Shown in pieces: positions 25,021 to 35,379 of a stretch of 64,000 nucleotides of DNA. The stretch's first letter is position 1, and each line of letters begins with the position of its first letter. Source of the DNA: Natator depressus (taxonomy: Eukaryota); NCBI RefSeq assembly GCF_965152275.1, contig NC_134234.1:39458920-39522919 (forward strand). Reading direction: 5' to 3'. A program made the translations under genes and the position numbers. The notes below the pieces were generated by a model that was not told the DNA's origin, ran no database searches, and saw only the letters and a program-made list of their open reading frames with translations.

Positions 25021-26883
25021 TTCCATCCAGGGTCTTATACCATGCTTTCATGCTGCTGTTTCCCTCTCTTGGGAATATATACTTTATATATACTGCGCAT
25101 ATATATATATGCTTACTTATTAACAAGGAATGTACAGAAAACAAAAAATAGTTTCTTTGCTTATAGCCCCAAGCCTCTTTGGGTCTAGTGCTAGCTAAAG
25201 ATCTCTCTCCCTTGCTTTTTCAGGGTTTTATACCATACTTACATTACAGGCTGCTGCTTCACTTTTTTGTGCCATGTCTACACTACCAATTTGTGTCAAC
25301 AGAAGTGATGCTGACATAATAAAAATCATAATTTCGTGTTCATTCTTGCTCCCTCTGTTGGCAGATCATGTCCACGGTGTGGCCTCCCTCCGATCCACAG
25401 GGGGAGGAACCACTTTATGTGCCTGGGTGGGTGGAGTCAGGCCGGGTTCACCCTTCTCACTGGAAATTGAGAGACAGGACGGGAAGTACAAAAAGAGGAA
25501 CCTTCAGCTCAGTTGGAGCCGAGCCAGGGCAGGAGACAGGCGAATATTGCTCGCTGCTGGCCTCTTACTCTGCTGCTGAACCAAGCGGTGCCCTGACCCC
25601 AGAGGAGACCAAGTCCAAGGAGGAGCTGCTGATGGCTGTGTACCCCCAGGAGATGGACGACACCTACAGAGCCCAGGTACCAAACAAAGAGGTAGTAGAA
25701 AGTGGCCCAGGGACACTAGACCATAGTCTGGTTGCATGGTTGCCTGAATCCAGGTCTGTGTGTTTCAGGCGGATCCCCACTGACCCACTGACAGAACATT
25801 CTGCCACTTATAGCCTGGGGCTGAGAACCAGTGGAGTAGGGAGGGCCTGGGTTCCCCTACCCCCTGGTGTTAAACCTACCCCAGGGGTGGCAGCCTCCCC
25901 ACCATAGGTGAAAAGGCCTGTGTTTGTCTGCTGTCTGCCAGATCTGAGACAACAATCTGTGTAGTGCTCTGCCCTGCACGAGGGCCAGAGCCTATAGCCT
26001 GCTTGTTAGCTCTGCTGTGCTGGAGAGCCAGAGCCCACAGACGGTTTGGTGTGCCACCCCACCGAGAGGGTCAGGGCATTAGCACCTGATTTGCTAATTC
26101 CCCTGATGTTAAGCAGTGACCCCAGTGACATAATGAGGCAGTGTGGCTTCTCTCCGACCCAGATGGGGAGGGACAACCACCACCGCACTACATACCCCTT
26201 TTTGACCCAAGCAGCTAATCAAAATTTGAGGCCCTGGTATTCCAGTTGGGGGTAGAAATTGATGAAAGACTCTGCATCAAAAAATATCCTGATCTTGCTT
26301 ATTAACAAGGAATGTATGAGGTCCTGGGTCCCCGAAGGTAGGAGGAACCAGGAAACAACAAACAGTTTCTTTGCTTATAGCCCCAAGCCTCCTTGGGTCT
26401 AGTGCTAGCTAAAGAGCTCTCTCCCTAGTTTTTTCCATGGTCTTATACCATGCTTTCAGGCTGCTGCTTCCCTTTCTTGCTGTTTGTCTCTTTGGGATTG
26501 GGTATGAACGCACCCTACAATTAACATAACTGGCAGGATATGTCAAGCAGGAGCCCCTGCCCACCCAAGACAAAAGCATCTGTGAACCCACCCAGGGAAC
26601 ATGCATACACTCCTTGCCGAAACCCCATTCACCACTCAGTCCAAAACTCCTGGATGGGTTCACAACCCCTTATGGCTTAGGTGAGGAGGTCGTGCTTAAC
26701 TTACCCTGACAGTCATGTTAATTGTAAGAGCGCAGTCACATCTAATTTCAAAGATGTTTTAACTAAGCCCATAACAATACCTTCCCTTCCACCCTGCTAT
26801 ACACATCCTCACCCAAGATCCCACTATGGATAAGGTCCTGTGTAAATCATGATTTCATGGATTACATGGAAATCCATGAAACA

Positions 26884-27822
26884 TGTTTGGTTGCTCTTAA
26901 CCATTGACTTATATACGGGAGTTGTGATGGGGAAGTGACACATGAGTAACAGCTGACATCCAAAATTAAAAACTGTCTGATTGATCTGCCCGCTGAAAGC
27001 AAGTGAGAGGGTAATTTCTGAACTGAAGTTACATAAGATACAGAAGAGGTTTCTCAAAATACTTGGAGGTGCACTGCCAGTGTTGTGTGCCAGTCCATTT
27101 ACTACCAATAGTGTGTTATGATACGAAACCCTTAATGCAGTCGGGCATTATAAAGTTACATTTACTCCGTGTTTGTGTATACTGAGCATCTTTTATATAC
27201 TGAATACACCTCCTCTCTATATTTCCTTGCAAGTTTCACCCAGCATTTGACTCTCAACCTTATATTGTCTGATAGAGAGGGAATCTCTGGCATAACAAGC
27301 ATCACTTTTAAGGATTACAATAAACTTGAAGACAGTTCTCTAGTTTGTAATTCTGTTGTGTTTTAATTTAGGATGTTAATGAAGTTCAGCATGCTGGTCT
27401 TCCAAACATTCCAATGGCTCCAGAACATTTAGACTTTTTACCCTACAAGAACTGGGAGCATGATACATCTGGATACCTGTCTTCTAATAGAGGAGTGGGA
27501 TTCGGCAGAAGTGAATCGGTAAATACGCTTAATGTATTCTTGTTTTTAACATTTTTTGTGTATTACCCAGTTGTGGTAGTAGATGATTTATAAGTTAGCA
27601 GTTGGTAGTTGTTTATAAAGTCTGCACCATTTCTTATTATTCTGGATGTAATTAATTACATAAATGTTTGTGTGAAGTGCAAAAAATCAGAGTACTCTCT
27701 CCCAAAGAAAGGCAAGGTACATAAAAGGTGGTGTGGCATTAGGCCCCATTGCAGCAGAGATCTTTGAGAGAGAAGAGGATGCTAGTGGCCCTCTACTCTC
27801 TTCCAGGATAAATTCTTCCCTG
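26884..27822 (+). repeat. Segmental tandem duplication, unit 2 (intron plus exon 27372-27518)
   Basis: Paralog of 24071-25020. Identity is high in the intronic parts, with divergence concentrated in the exon. Confidence 0.85.
27372..27518 (+). CDS. PARP4: Coding exon, copy 2 of the duplicated exon (in-frame paralogous exon)
   Basis: Same splice signals as copy 1, inside a duplicated block. Frame DVNEVQHAGLPNIPMAPEHLDFLPYKNWEHDTSGYLSSNRGVGFGRSES. 147 nt, phase 0 to 0. The sequence cannot show whether it is spliced in. Confidence 0.45.
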
Positions 27823-28059
27823 TCTGTCTAGTCCAAGGCCTTGTTTTCTTTAGAGTACTCAGATGGTGGTACTTCTGTCAGTTGTATTGCACTGATTGAC
27901 GTACCATTAACTGTCCAGTGTAGCCACCCTGAATCAGGGTAAGGCTTGTCCTTGCTTAGATCGATTTAGATGTGGGATGTCATATATCCCTCAGCTGGTA
28001 AACCTCCTTCGTTTGCTGGCGGAGTCCTCCTCTCTTACATCCACCATGCCTCATTCAGC

Positions 28060-28270
28060 ACCCACAATATACTGTACTTGTGGCACCTTAGAGACTAACC
28101 AATTTATTTGAGCATAAGCTTTCATGAGCTACAGCTCACTTCATCGGATGAAGTGAGCTGTAGCTCACGAAAGCTTATGCTCAAATAAATTGGTTAGTCT
28201 CTAAGGTGCCACAAGTACTTCTTTTCTTTTTGCGAATACAGACTAACACGGCTATTACTCACAATATACT
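28060..28270. repeat. Perfect palindrome made of two inverted PLE 3' tails
   Basis: ggcaccttagagactaaccaatttatttgagcataagctttcatgagctacagctcacttcatcggatgaagtgagctgtagctcacgaaagcttatgctcaaataaattggttagtctctaaggtgcc. The centre is near 28144. Confidence 0.85.
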
Positions 28271-28909
28271 GCTACCCCTTGTTGACCCAAACAGCCAGTA
28301 AAAGTTTGAGGCCTTGGGGATGTTCTGGTTGGGGGTAGAAATTGATGAAAGAGTCTGGTATATTTGTTAATGCAGTCTTGCTTATTAACAAGGAATGTTC
28401 AAGGTCCTGTGTCTCCAAAGGCAGGAGGAACCAGAACACAAAAAATAGTTTCTTTGATTATAGCCCCAAGGCTCTTTGGGTCTAGTGCTAGCTAAAGATC
28501 TCTCTCCCTTGCTTTTTCAGGGTCTTATACCATACTTACATTACAGGCTGCTGTTTCACTCTTTTGGGCCATGTCTACACTACCAATTTGTGTCGACAAA
28601 AGTGATGTCGACACAATAAAAATCACAATTCCATGTTCACACTTGCTCCCTCTGTCGCCAGATCATGTCCACAGTGGGGGCACCATCATCGACAGTGTGA
28701 ATAATGCACTGTGAGTACCTATCCCACAGTCCTTCTGTCACTAGGTGTTGTGGGATGACGGAGTGAATCATGGCACATCTTGGGACGTGTTAAATATCCC
28801 GTGATGCATTGCTTTCTGTCCCAGCACTCCATGAGCTTCCGACTTCCTTTTGCGGCGTTTTTTCAACGGCCCTTCTTTGCTGTGAACCCGGGCATTTTTG
28901 TGAGAAGGG

Positions 28910-30160
28910 TTGGATCCCGCACTGCTCTCCTATGCTCTGTTAACTGTCATGAAGACATTGCGGATGGCAGTGCAGTTAATCGTGAAGTTTCTAACTGAGG
29001 AAGACTCACAGGTGCCTGACGTTCTGCGTGATATGAATAGGAGCAACTTTAGATTGCTTTTGGCATTCACTGAGCAGGTGCATAGGATAGACCGTCACTT
29101 TTGGGCTCATGAAACAAGCACTGAATGGTGGGATCGCATCCTCATGCAGGTGTGGGATGATGAGCAGTGGCTATAGAACTTTCGGGTGCAGAAAGCCAGC
29201 TTCCTGGAACTATGCTTGGAGCTTGTCCCAGACATGCGGCTCAAGGACACCAGAATGAGAGCTGCCGTCTTGGTAGAAAAGCGTGTGGCAATTGCTGTGT
29301 GGAAGCTGGCAACTCCAGACTGCTACCAGTCAGTCATGAATCAATTTGGAGTGGGGAAGTTGACCGTTGGGGCTGCGTTAATGCAAGTGTGCAGGGCAAT
29401 AAATTGCATCCTGCTACGAAGGACTGTGACTCTGGGAAATGTGTGTGAAATAGTGGACAGCTTTGCAGAAATGGGGTTCCCTAACTGTGGAGGGGCGATA
29501 GATGGCACACGTATTCCAATTTTGGCACCAGACCACCTTGCGACGGAGTACATCAATAGGAAGGGATACTTCTCCATGGTGTTGCAAGCGTTTGTGGATC
29601 ACCATGGGCATTTCACTGACATCAGCATAGGGTGGTCTGGGAAGGTGCATGATGCACACATCTTCAGAAACAGCGGCCTCTACAGAAAGCTGCAAGCAGG
29701 GACTTTCTTTCCTAACCAGAAGATTGGGGGGGGAGGAGGGGGTGTTGAAATGCGCATAGTGATCCTGCGGGACTCTGCGTACCCCTTGCAGCTGTGGCTC
29801 ATGAAACCTTACACGGGACACTTGGACAGCAGTAAGGAGCAGTTCAACAACAGGCTCAATAGGTGCCGGATGACAACTGAATGTGCCTTTGGCAGATTAA
29901 AGGCACACTGGCGATGCCTTCATGGTGGGTTGGACCTCACTGAGGATAATATTCCTGTGGTCATAGCCATGTGCTGTATGTTGCATAATCTCTGTGAAGC
30001 TAAGGGTGACAGGTTTGCTCAGGAGTGGAGTGCTAAGGCAGACCGCTTGGCCGCTCATTTTGAGCAGCCAGATACCAGGGCTGTCAGAGGTGCACAGAGG
30101 GGAGCTATTCGAATCAGGGAGGCTGTGAGGCAGCACTTTGACAATGACCACCATTAATAT
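28910..30160 (+). pseudogene. Harbinger (HARBI1-like DDE_Tnp_4) transposase with a single in-frame TAG
   Basis: ORFs 28910-29176 and 29186-30157 are in the same frame and separated only by TAG at 29177-29179 (..DDEQWL*NFRVQKASF..). The second ORF has the HARBI1-like motifs GAIDGTHIPI, DAYPL and LHNLC. Total length is about 416 codons. Confidence 0.75.
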
Positions 30161-31727
30161 ATATCTGTGTCTGAGTTGCTTCAATGTTACATGCCATGTA
30201 GTTTTCTAGGGGGCAATAGTGACATTTGGAGCCTTATATTCCTGTAATAAAGTGATCAAAATGCCTGTGCATGTATTAGCAGTGCCTGCAATCTCACCTT
30301 GTAGAAAAAAATTAAAGATGATTTACCATTATAAAAGTTTGCTTTTATTGCACAAGAAACAGCGCGCACACAAACACACAGATGCTTGCCAGGAAAGGAG
30401 GAACCAGGGAAGGGCAGACTTTCACAGCTGCGTGGAGGTCCAGCTATCATTGTGAAAGTTGTCTGAGGAGGTGAAGTAAAGGGGAAACGAAGAATCCTGG
30501 AAGGTAGAAAGGAATGTGTGGGCGGAACTTGGGGGGCAGGGAAGAGAGTTCTGAATGTACTGCAGTGGAGATTGAGCACTGATCTGCTCAGTCTGCAGCA
30601 TTATTAAGGACTTCATCATCTGCATTTTCTCCTCCATTACTTTAATCATCAGCTCAGTAGCGTCCTTAACAAATGTGTAATTCTCTTTTCTGTCCTGCCC
30701 TTCAGCTTCACAGCATTCCTTTCATTCCCTTTTTTCTGCATTGGATCACTGCAGGACCTCCCGGAACATGTCTTCTTTGCTGCATCTTGAGCGCTTTCTT
30801 ATCTGGTGGAGACTCTCGGCCGGGGTGCGTGGGGCCTGAAGGCCACGTCTGGTGAAGCACAGGGTTACAATGCACAGAAGCAAGATTATTAAATTCACGC
30901 ACAGAATTGAAACATTTCTGTTAAATACACCTTTTACAACATTGCAATCACTTTCTCACTGACCCTAGCCAGGCACACATCTCTGCAAACACCCAAAGCA
31001 TTCTGAGTGTTGGTGTGGGGGCGGGGGGTCCACATGGAGAAAAGAGCACACACTCTTTGCAAGGGTCATGGTGCAGCATACTAGGGAACAAATTCTAAAA
31101 TTCTCCCACACTTTTCCACAGGCGGGAGTCATTCTAGCAGATATCTCACTGCTAAGGGTAAGCAGGGAAACGAGGATACTCCATGCTTGTGGCTTCTGCC
31201 CTGCTCCCTATGCTGCTCGCCTGTGTGCTGCTTTGGTCCCTGCACAAGTGATTGCCGAATGGTGCAGAAAAGTTTCCTACAATGGGGAAGGAACAAAGCT
31301 GCTCTGCCACGGAACCTTCAGCAGAGGATTACCGAGTACCTCTAGGAAACTTTTCTGGAGATCTCTCTGCAGGATTCCCATGAGATCTCAGCGTGCATCA
31401 ACACCCTGTTCCGCTGTACTGATTAGCTACACAGGGAAATGTCCATCTCACAGAAACACAGTCAGGCTCCCACATTTCTATGCCCTGAACCCACGTCTCC
31501 ACGACACAGGCCACAGCCACTTACCAGGAGTTTCATCTCCTGCTTCTTGCTCACCAGAGAGCAACTGCTGAGACTGGCTAGACACCTCTGGAGTGGAGAA
31601 CCGTTCCTGGCTGCCTGCCCCACCGGACGACCCAGCTGGGAGCTGCACATCCTCATCTAACTCCACCTCTTTATCAATAACTTCGTCCTTGGGTTAGGTC
31701 CTCTTTCTGCCACCACAGGGCTCTTGG

Positions 31728-32078
31728 CTATCCACCAAGGTTAGCGTCCAGCTCCTTATAGACCCAGCAGATCTTAGGTGCAGCACCAGAGCGACGGTTT
31801 GCCTCCCTCGCCTTATGGTACGCCTGCCTCAGCTCCTTTATTTTCGCTCTGTACTGCAGCGTGCCCTGATCACAGCCCTTTTCGCACAAGTCTCGAGAAA
31901 TGTGCCCATAGGTATCCCATTTCCTATGGCTTAAGGCAGCTGTGACTGCACAGCCTCCTCTCCCCATATGTTGATCAGATCCAACAGCTCTGCAGTGGTC
32001 CAAGCAGGAGAGCTTTTGCTGCGATAACCCACCATGGTCACCTGGGAAGATGCGGTGAGACCTCTTCACTCTGAGCAA
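31728..32078 (-). pseudogene. Myb/SANT-like (Harbinger partner protein) ORF fragment of copy 1
   Basis: KIKELRQAYHKAREANRRSGAAPKICWVYKELDANLG matches the Myb-like DNA-binding domain of Harbinger-associated proteins. It is homologous to the intact-looking gene at 41555-43202. The downstream part (30420-31700, -) is frameshifted. Confidence 0.55.
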
Positions 32079-32890
32079 ACAGGAAATGGAATTTCAAAAA
32101 TTCCCAGGGCTTCTAATGGGCAGGGGCGGATGGTTGTTTACCTGGCTGCGGGGCAGTGGAGTTCAAACTGCTGACCAGAGCAGTCAGAATGGGCATTGTG
32201 GGACACTTCCTGGAGGCCAATTAAAGAGATGAAATGAAGCATGGTGTCTACACTTGCATTTTGTCAACCAAAATTTAGAGGAAAAAGACATAAATCTCTC
32301 ATGAGGGTGGATGTATTTTGTCGCCAAAACCAGGCATTTTCCCTGACAAAAGTCACCTTGCAGTGTCTACACTGTTTGGGTCGACAAACAGCAATTTTGG
32401 TGACAAAACTTGGTAGTGTAGGCAAGGCCTTGCTGTTTGCCTCTTTGAGATTGGGTATGAATGCACTCTACAATTAACATGACTGTCATGATAAGTTAAG
32501 CAGGACCCACCCCTCATAAAACAAAAGCAGTTGTGAACCCACCCAGGGAACATACATATCAAAACAACATTCAGAATAACCCCATTAACCACTCAGTCCA
32601 AAACTTCTGGGTAGGTTCACACTCCTTTTGTCTTTGGGGGGCATTCTGCCAACCTTATCCTGACAGTCATGTTAATTGTAGAGTCCATTCACACCCAATT
32701 TCAAAGATGTTTTAATTTAGCCCATAACAAGGTTTCACCCAGCTCATAAGAATACCTTCCCTTTCACCCTGTTCTACAGGTCCTCAGCCAAGATCCCACA
32801 ATGGGTAAGATCCTGTATAAATCATGAGTTCATGAATTGCATTGAAATTGTGAAATACCTCACTATTAAAAATGTGCACCTTATTTCTAG

Positions 32891-33807
32891 TCCGAATTTG
32901 CCTGGCTTCAGCTGCAAGGAAAGAAGTTGCTTGTTTAATTGACAAGAAGAATAGGCTTTGTGTTGAGCATGATGATCATTGGATTGATACTGAGTCTAAT
33001 GAAAATATGGTCTTAATCACAAAAAAAAAAGTTGGTTTAAACTCCAGAAATATTTTGTTTTCTTATAATTTTACTCGACAGGTTCCTTTTCATGCAGTAA
33101 CTAGTGGTTTTTCTGACCATTTCCTAACTGGAGGAGATAAACAGCTGAAAAGTCTCCAATTTCGAAGTGACAAAGAAGTTCCCTTGGTTGAAGAGTGCAT
33201 TTTACCAGATTCTACTGAATTGAGTTTTATAAAGGCTGCTAAAGTTAAATATGATCCTGGTGCCGCTGGAGTTGGACTATTTGGGTCTATCTCTGTGCCA
33301 CAACCAAAATTCAGCCTGCATGGTCAATCACTTTTAAACATCAGGCTTCCCAAGCCTCCAGCTAGTAAGCCTTTTTCTTTTCAAGTTTCTATACCTCCTC
33401 CTTGCCCTCTTCCTGGTGCTGCTTCTTGCCCTCCTCGCCCTCCTCCTTGCGCTCCTCCTTGCCATCCTCCTTTCCCTCCTCCTTTCCCTCATGAATTCAC
33501 TCAGGGGCTTTGTTCAGATTTAAAGAGTTCATTTACTCCTGTGGGCAGAACCCTGAAGAAGGCAAATTTTGAAACACAAGTTACTCCTGAAGTTCTTACT
33601 TCATCAGCTAGGTTCAGACTAGGATCACCAATGCTACAAACTGCACCAAAGTGTGGAGAAAAACTTCATCGTGAGCTCAGCAAGGTTAGTAGAAATCTGA
33701 ATTATGCTTTGCCTTTCTCTGATGTTGAACATGCAGCCAAAACAAACAGGAGTAGTTGCTCTCGATCGCATTGGACTTCTGCATCAAGGGATACTGAAGA
33801 AGAGGAG
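32891..33807 (+). CDS. PARP4: Large proline-rich coding exon (305 codons)
   Basis: Strong acceptor ccttatttctag|TCCGAA and donor GAGGAG|gtaaat. There is a single long open frame, RICLASAARKEVAC...SIPPPCPLPGAASCPPRPPPCAPPCHPPFPPPFPHEF...DTEEEE. It needs 1 nt from the upstream exon (phase 1), which does not match the phase-0 end of the preceding exons (see findings). Confidence 0.55.
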
Positions 33808-34045
33808 GTAAATTCTGCTCTTTTATAGTGATTTATATTTTGGAGGTTTAATTAACTTTTAATGGAGTGATATAAACTTAGATCTTGTTTCTTCCACCCT
33901 TATTCATGTTGATTAATCTTACTTTACTACACTAGTAGTCTCATAGATCTCAGTGGAATTAGTTGTGTGATGAAGTACTATTTAATATGAATAAGGCAGA
34001 ATCAGGTTCTTAGTGACTATTTCTGGTTTTGTTTTGTTTTTAAAG

Positions 34046-34165
34046 GATCTTTTCTTAACAGCAATGAGGAAAAAACAGCTTGGTAAAACATCACCACAGA
34101 TGAGGATTCAACAAAGCAAACCAAGTGCTGTAACCTGGACTCAGATTTTTGAGCTCCAAAATCAG
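34046..34165 (+). CDS. PARP4: Coding exon
   Basis: Acceptor gttttgtttttaaag|GATCTT and donor AATCAG|gtacag. Frame DLFLTAMRKKQLGKTSPQMRIQQSKPSAVTWTQIFELQNQ. Phase 0 to 0. Confidence 0.6.
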
Positions 34166-35379
34166 GTACAGTGCCCTTGTTTCCATATCTGCTTTACTTA
34201 AAAGCAAGATACAAGGAATAACTTTTTTTAAATTATTTTTATTACAAACAGTGTACTTTGGGTTCTTCTGTTGGCATCTAAAAGTAAATCTACATCTAGC
34301 AAAGAGTTCTGCCGGGTCCTACAGGAGAATTTACTTAGTATTCCTCATGGTTCCTCAATATAAATAACAATATTGTTATCTCTGATAGGGTGCGCTCACC
34401 ACTCTGGCACCTCCTGCTGGCTGTCTTGGGAATTAGCTCTGCATGTTAGTGTGCCCTCTTTGGGTAGTGCCTCGCCGCCGTCACTCCTGCTCTAGGACCC
34501 ACATCTCTTCAAGGACCGTGGCATCCTCTTTAATGACACAGCCCTCCAGCTGTGCCACACGCTGTGCTCCCCCCTTCCAGGGGACCTGCAGTCCACTGTT
34601 CAGCCACTTCCTTTAGTGGCTACTGCAGTGAATTGTCTGGCCACTTCCTCATAGCCCCAGCATTCTCTTTGCCCTTGCCTGAGGGCCTTAGCCTGCAAAC
34701 CGCAGTAGCCAGCCAGGAGCTGTCTTCCGCTCCCCCAGTCCCTGCTAGCAGCACTGCTCTGTTCAGGGTGCTGGCAGTTGTCTCAGCCCTCCAGGGACAC
34801 AGTCCTTCCTCCTTGGGCTCCCAGCAGAGAACTGCACTCTCTGCCATGCAGCTCCCTTTTTATATGGGCCTGATTGGCTGCTCCCTACAGCCCTTCTCTG
34901 ATTGGCTGCCTCCGGCACAGCCTCCCTACGGCTGCTTTTAACCCCTTTTTTGCCAGTGAGGGGCAGCCACCACATCACACAATCTAATTTATACTGTGGA
35001 TTTACTCAGAAAGAAATCAATTTCCCATATGTTGCCTTTTTGAAAGCCAGTTTGTTCAAAAAGCAGTTGCACTTTCAGACAATTCAGTCCTGCCATCATA
35101 TAAGCAGGTTTGCATTGTGCAAATTCATCTTTCTTATTTGTTTATAATCTAATTTTGTAAGATGCACGATGAGGCAAAATCTTGGATGAGTTTGTTGATT
35201 TCATTGGCAGCTCCAGTGATCCGACTAGGAATCCTCAAAATAGCCTCCTCATAACCAAGAGATGTGTCTCAATATTTTTGAGATGCTGAAATTATAAGAT
35301 AAATTTTCAACTCAGTATTCTGGTACAATTAATAAGTCAGAATCTTTAGTATTGTATTAATGGGAGCTAGAGTGAGAAC

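Larger units (their letters stand above)
28573..32427 (+). mobile_element. Harbinger/PIF-type DNA transposon, copy 1 (transposase and Myb-like genes)
   Basis: Left end gtctacactaccaatttgtgtcgacaaaag... and right end ...cttggtagtgtaggc form an imperfect GGTAGTGTAGAC inverted repeat. There are subterminal tttgtcgacaaa / gtcaaccaaaa repeats. A DDE_Tnp_4 transposase lies on + and a Myb/SANT-like ORF on -. Confidence 0.7.

Noticed and set aside
25368-25907. 179-aa ORF as a candidate gene
   Set aside because: It has no recognisable domain, sits in a GC-rich unique segment between repeats inside an intron of the host gene, and has no splice context. It is kept only as a low-interest finding.
28910-30160. 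Harbinger transposase as a domesticated host gene (HARBI1)
   Set aside because: It lies between terminal inverted repeats with a convergent Myb-like partner gene, has an internal stop, and has a second decayed copy 10 kb away. That is the organisation of a transposon copy, not of single-copy intron-bearing HARBI1.
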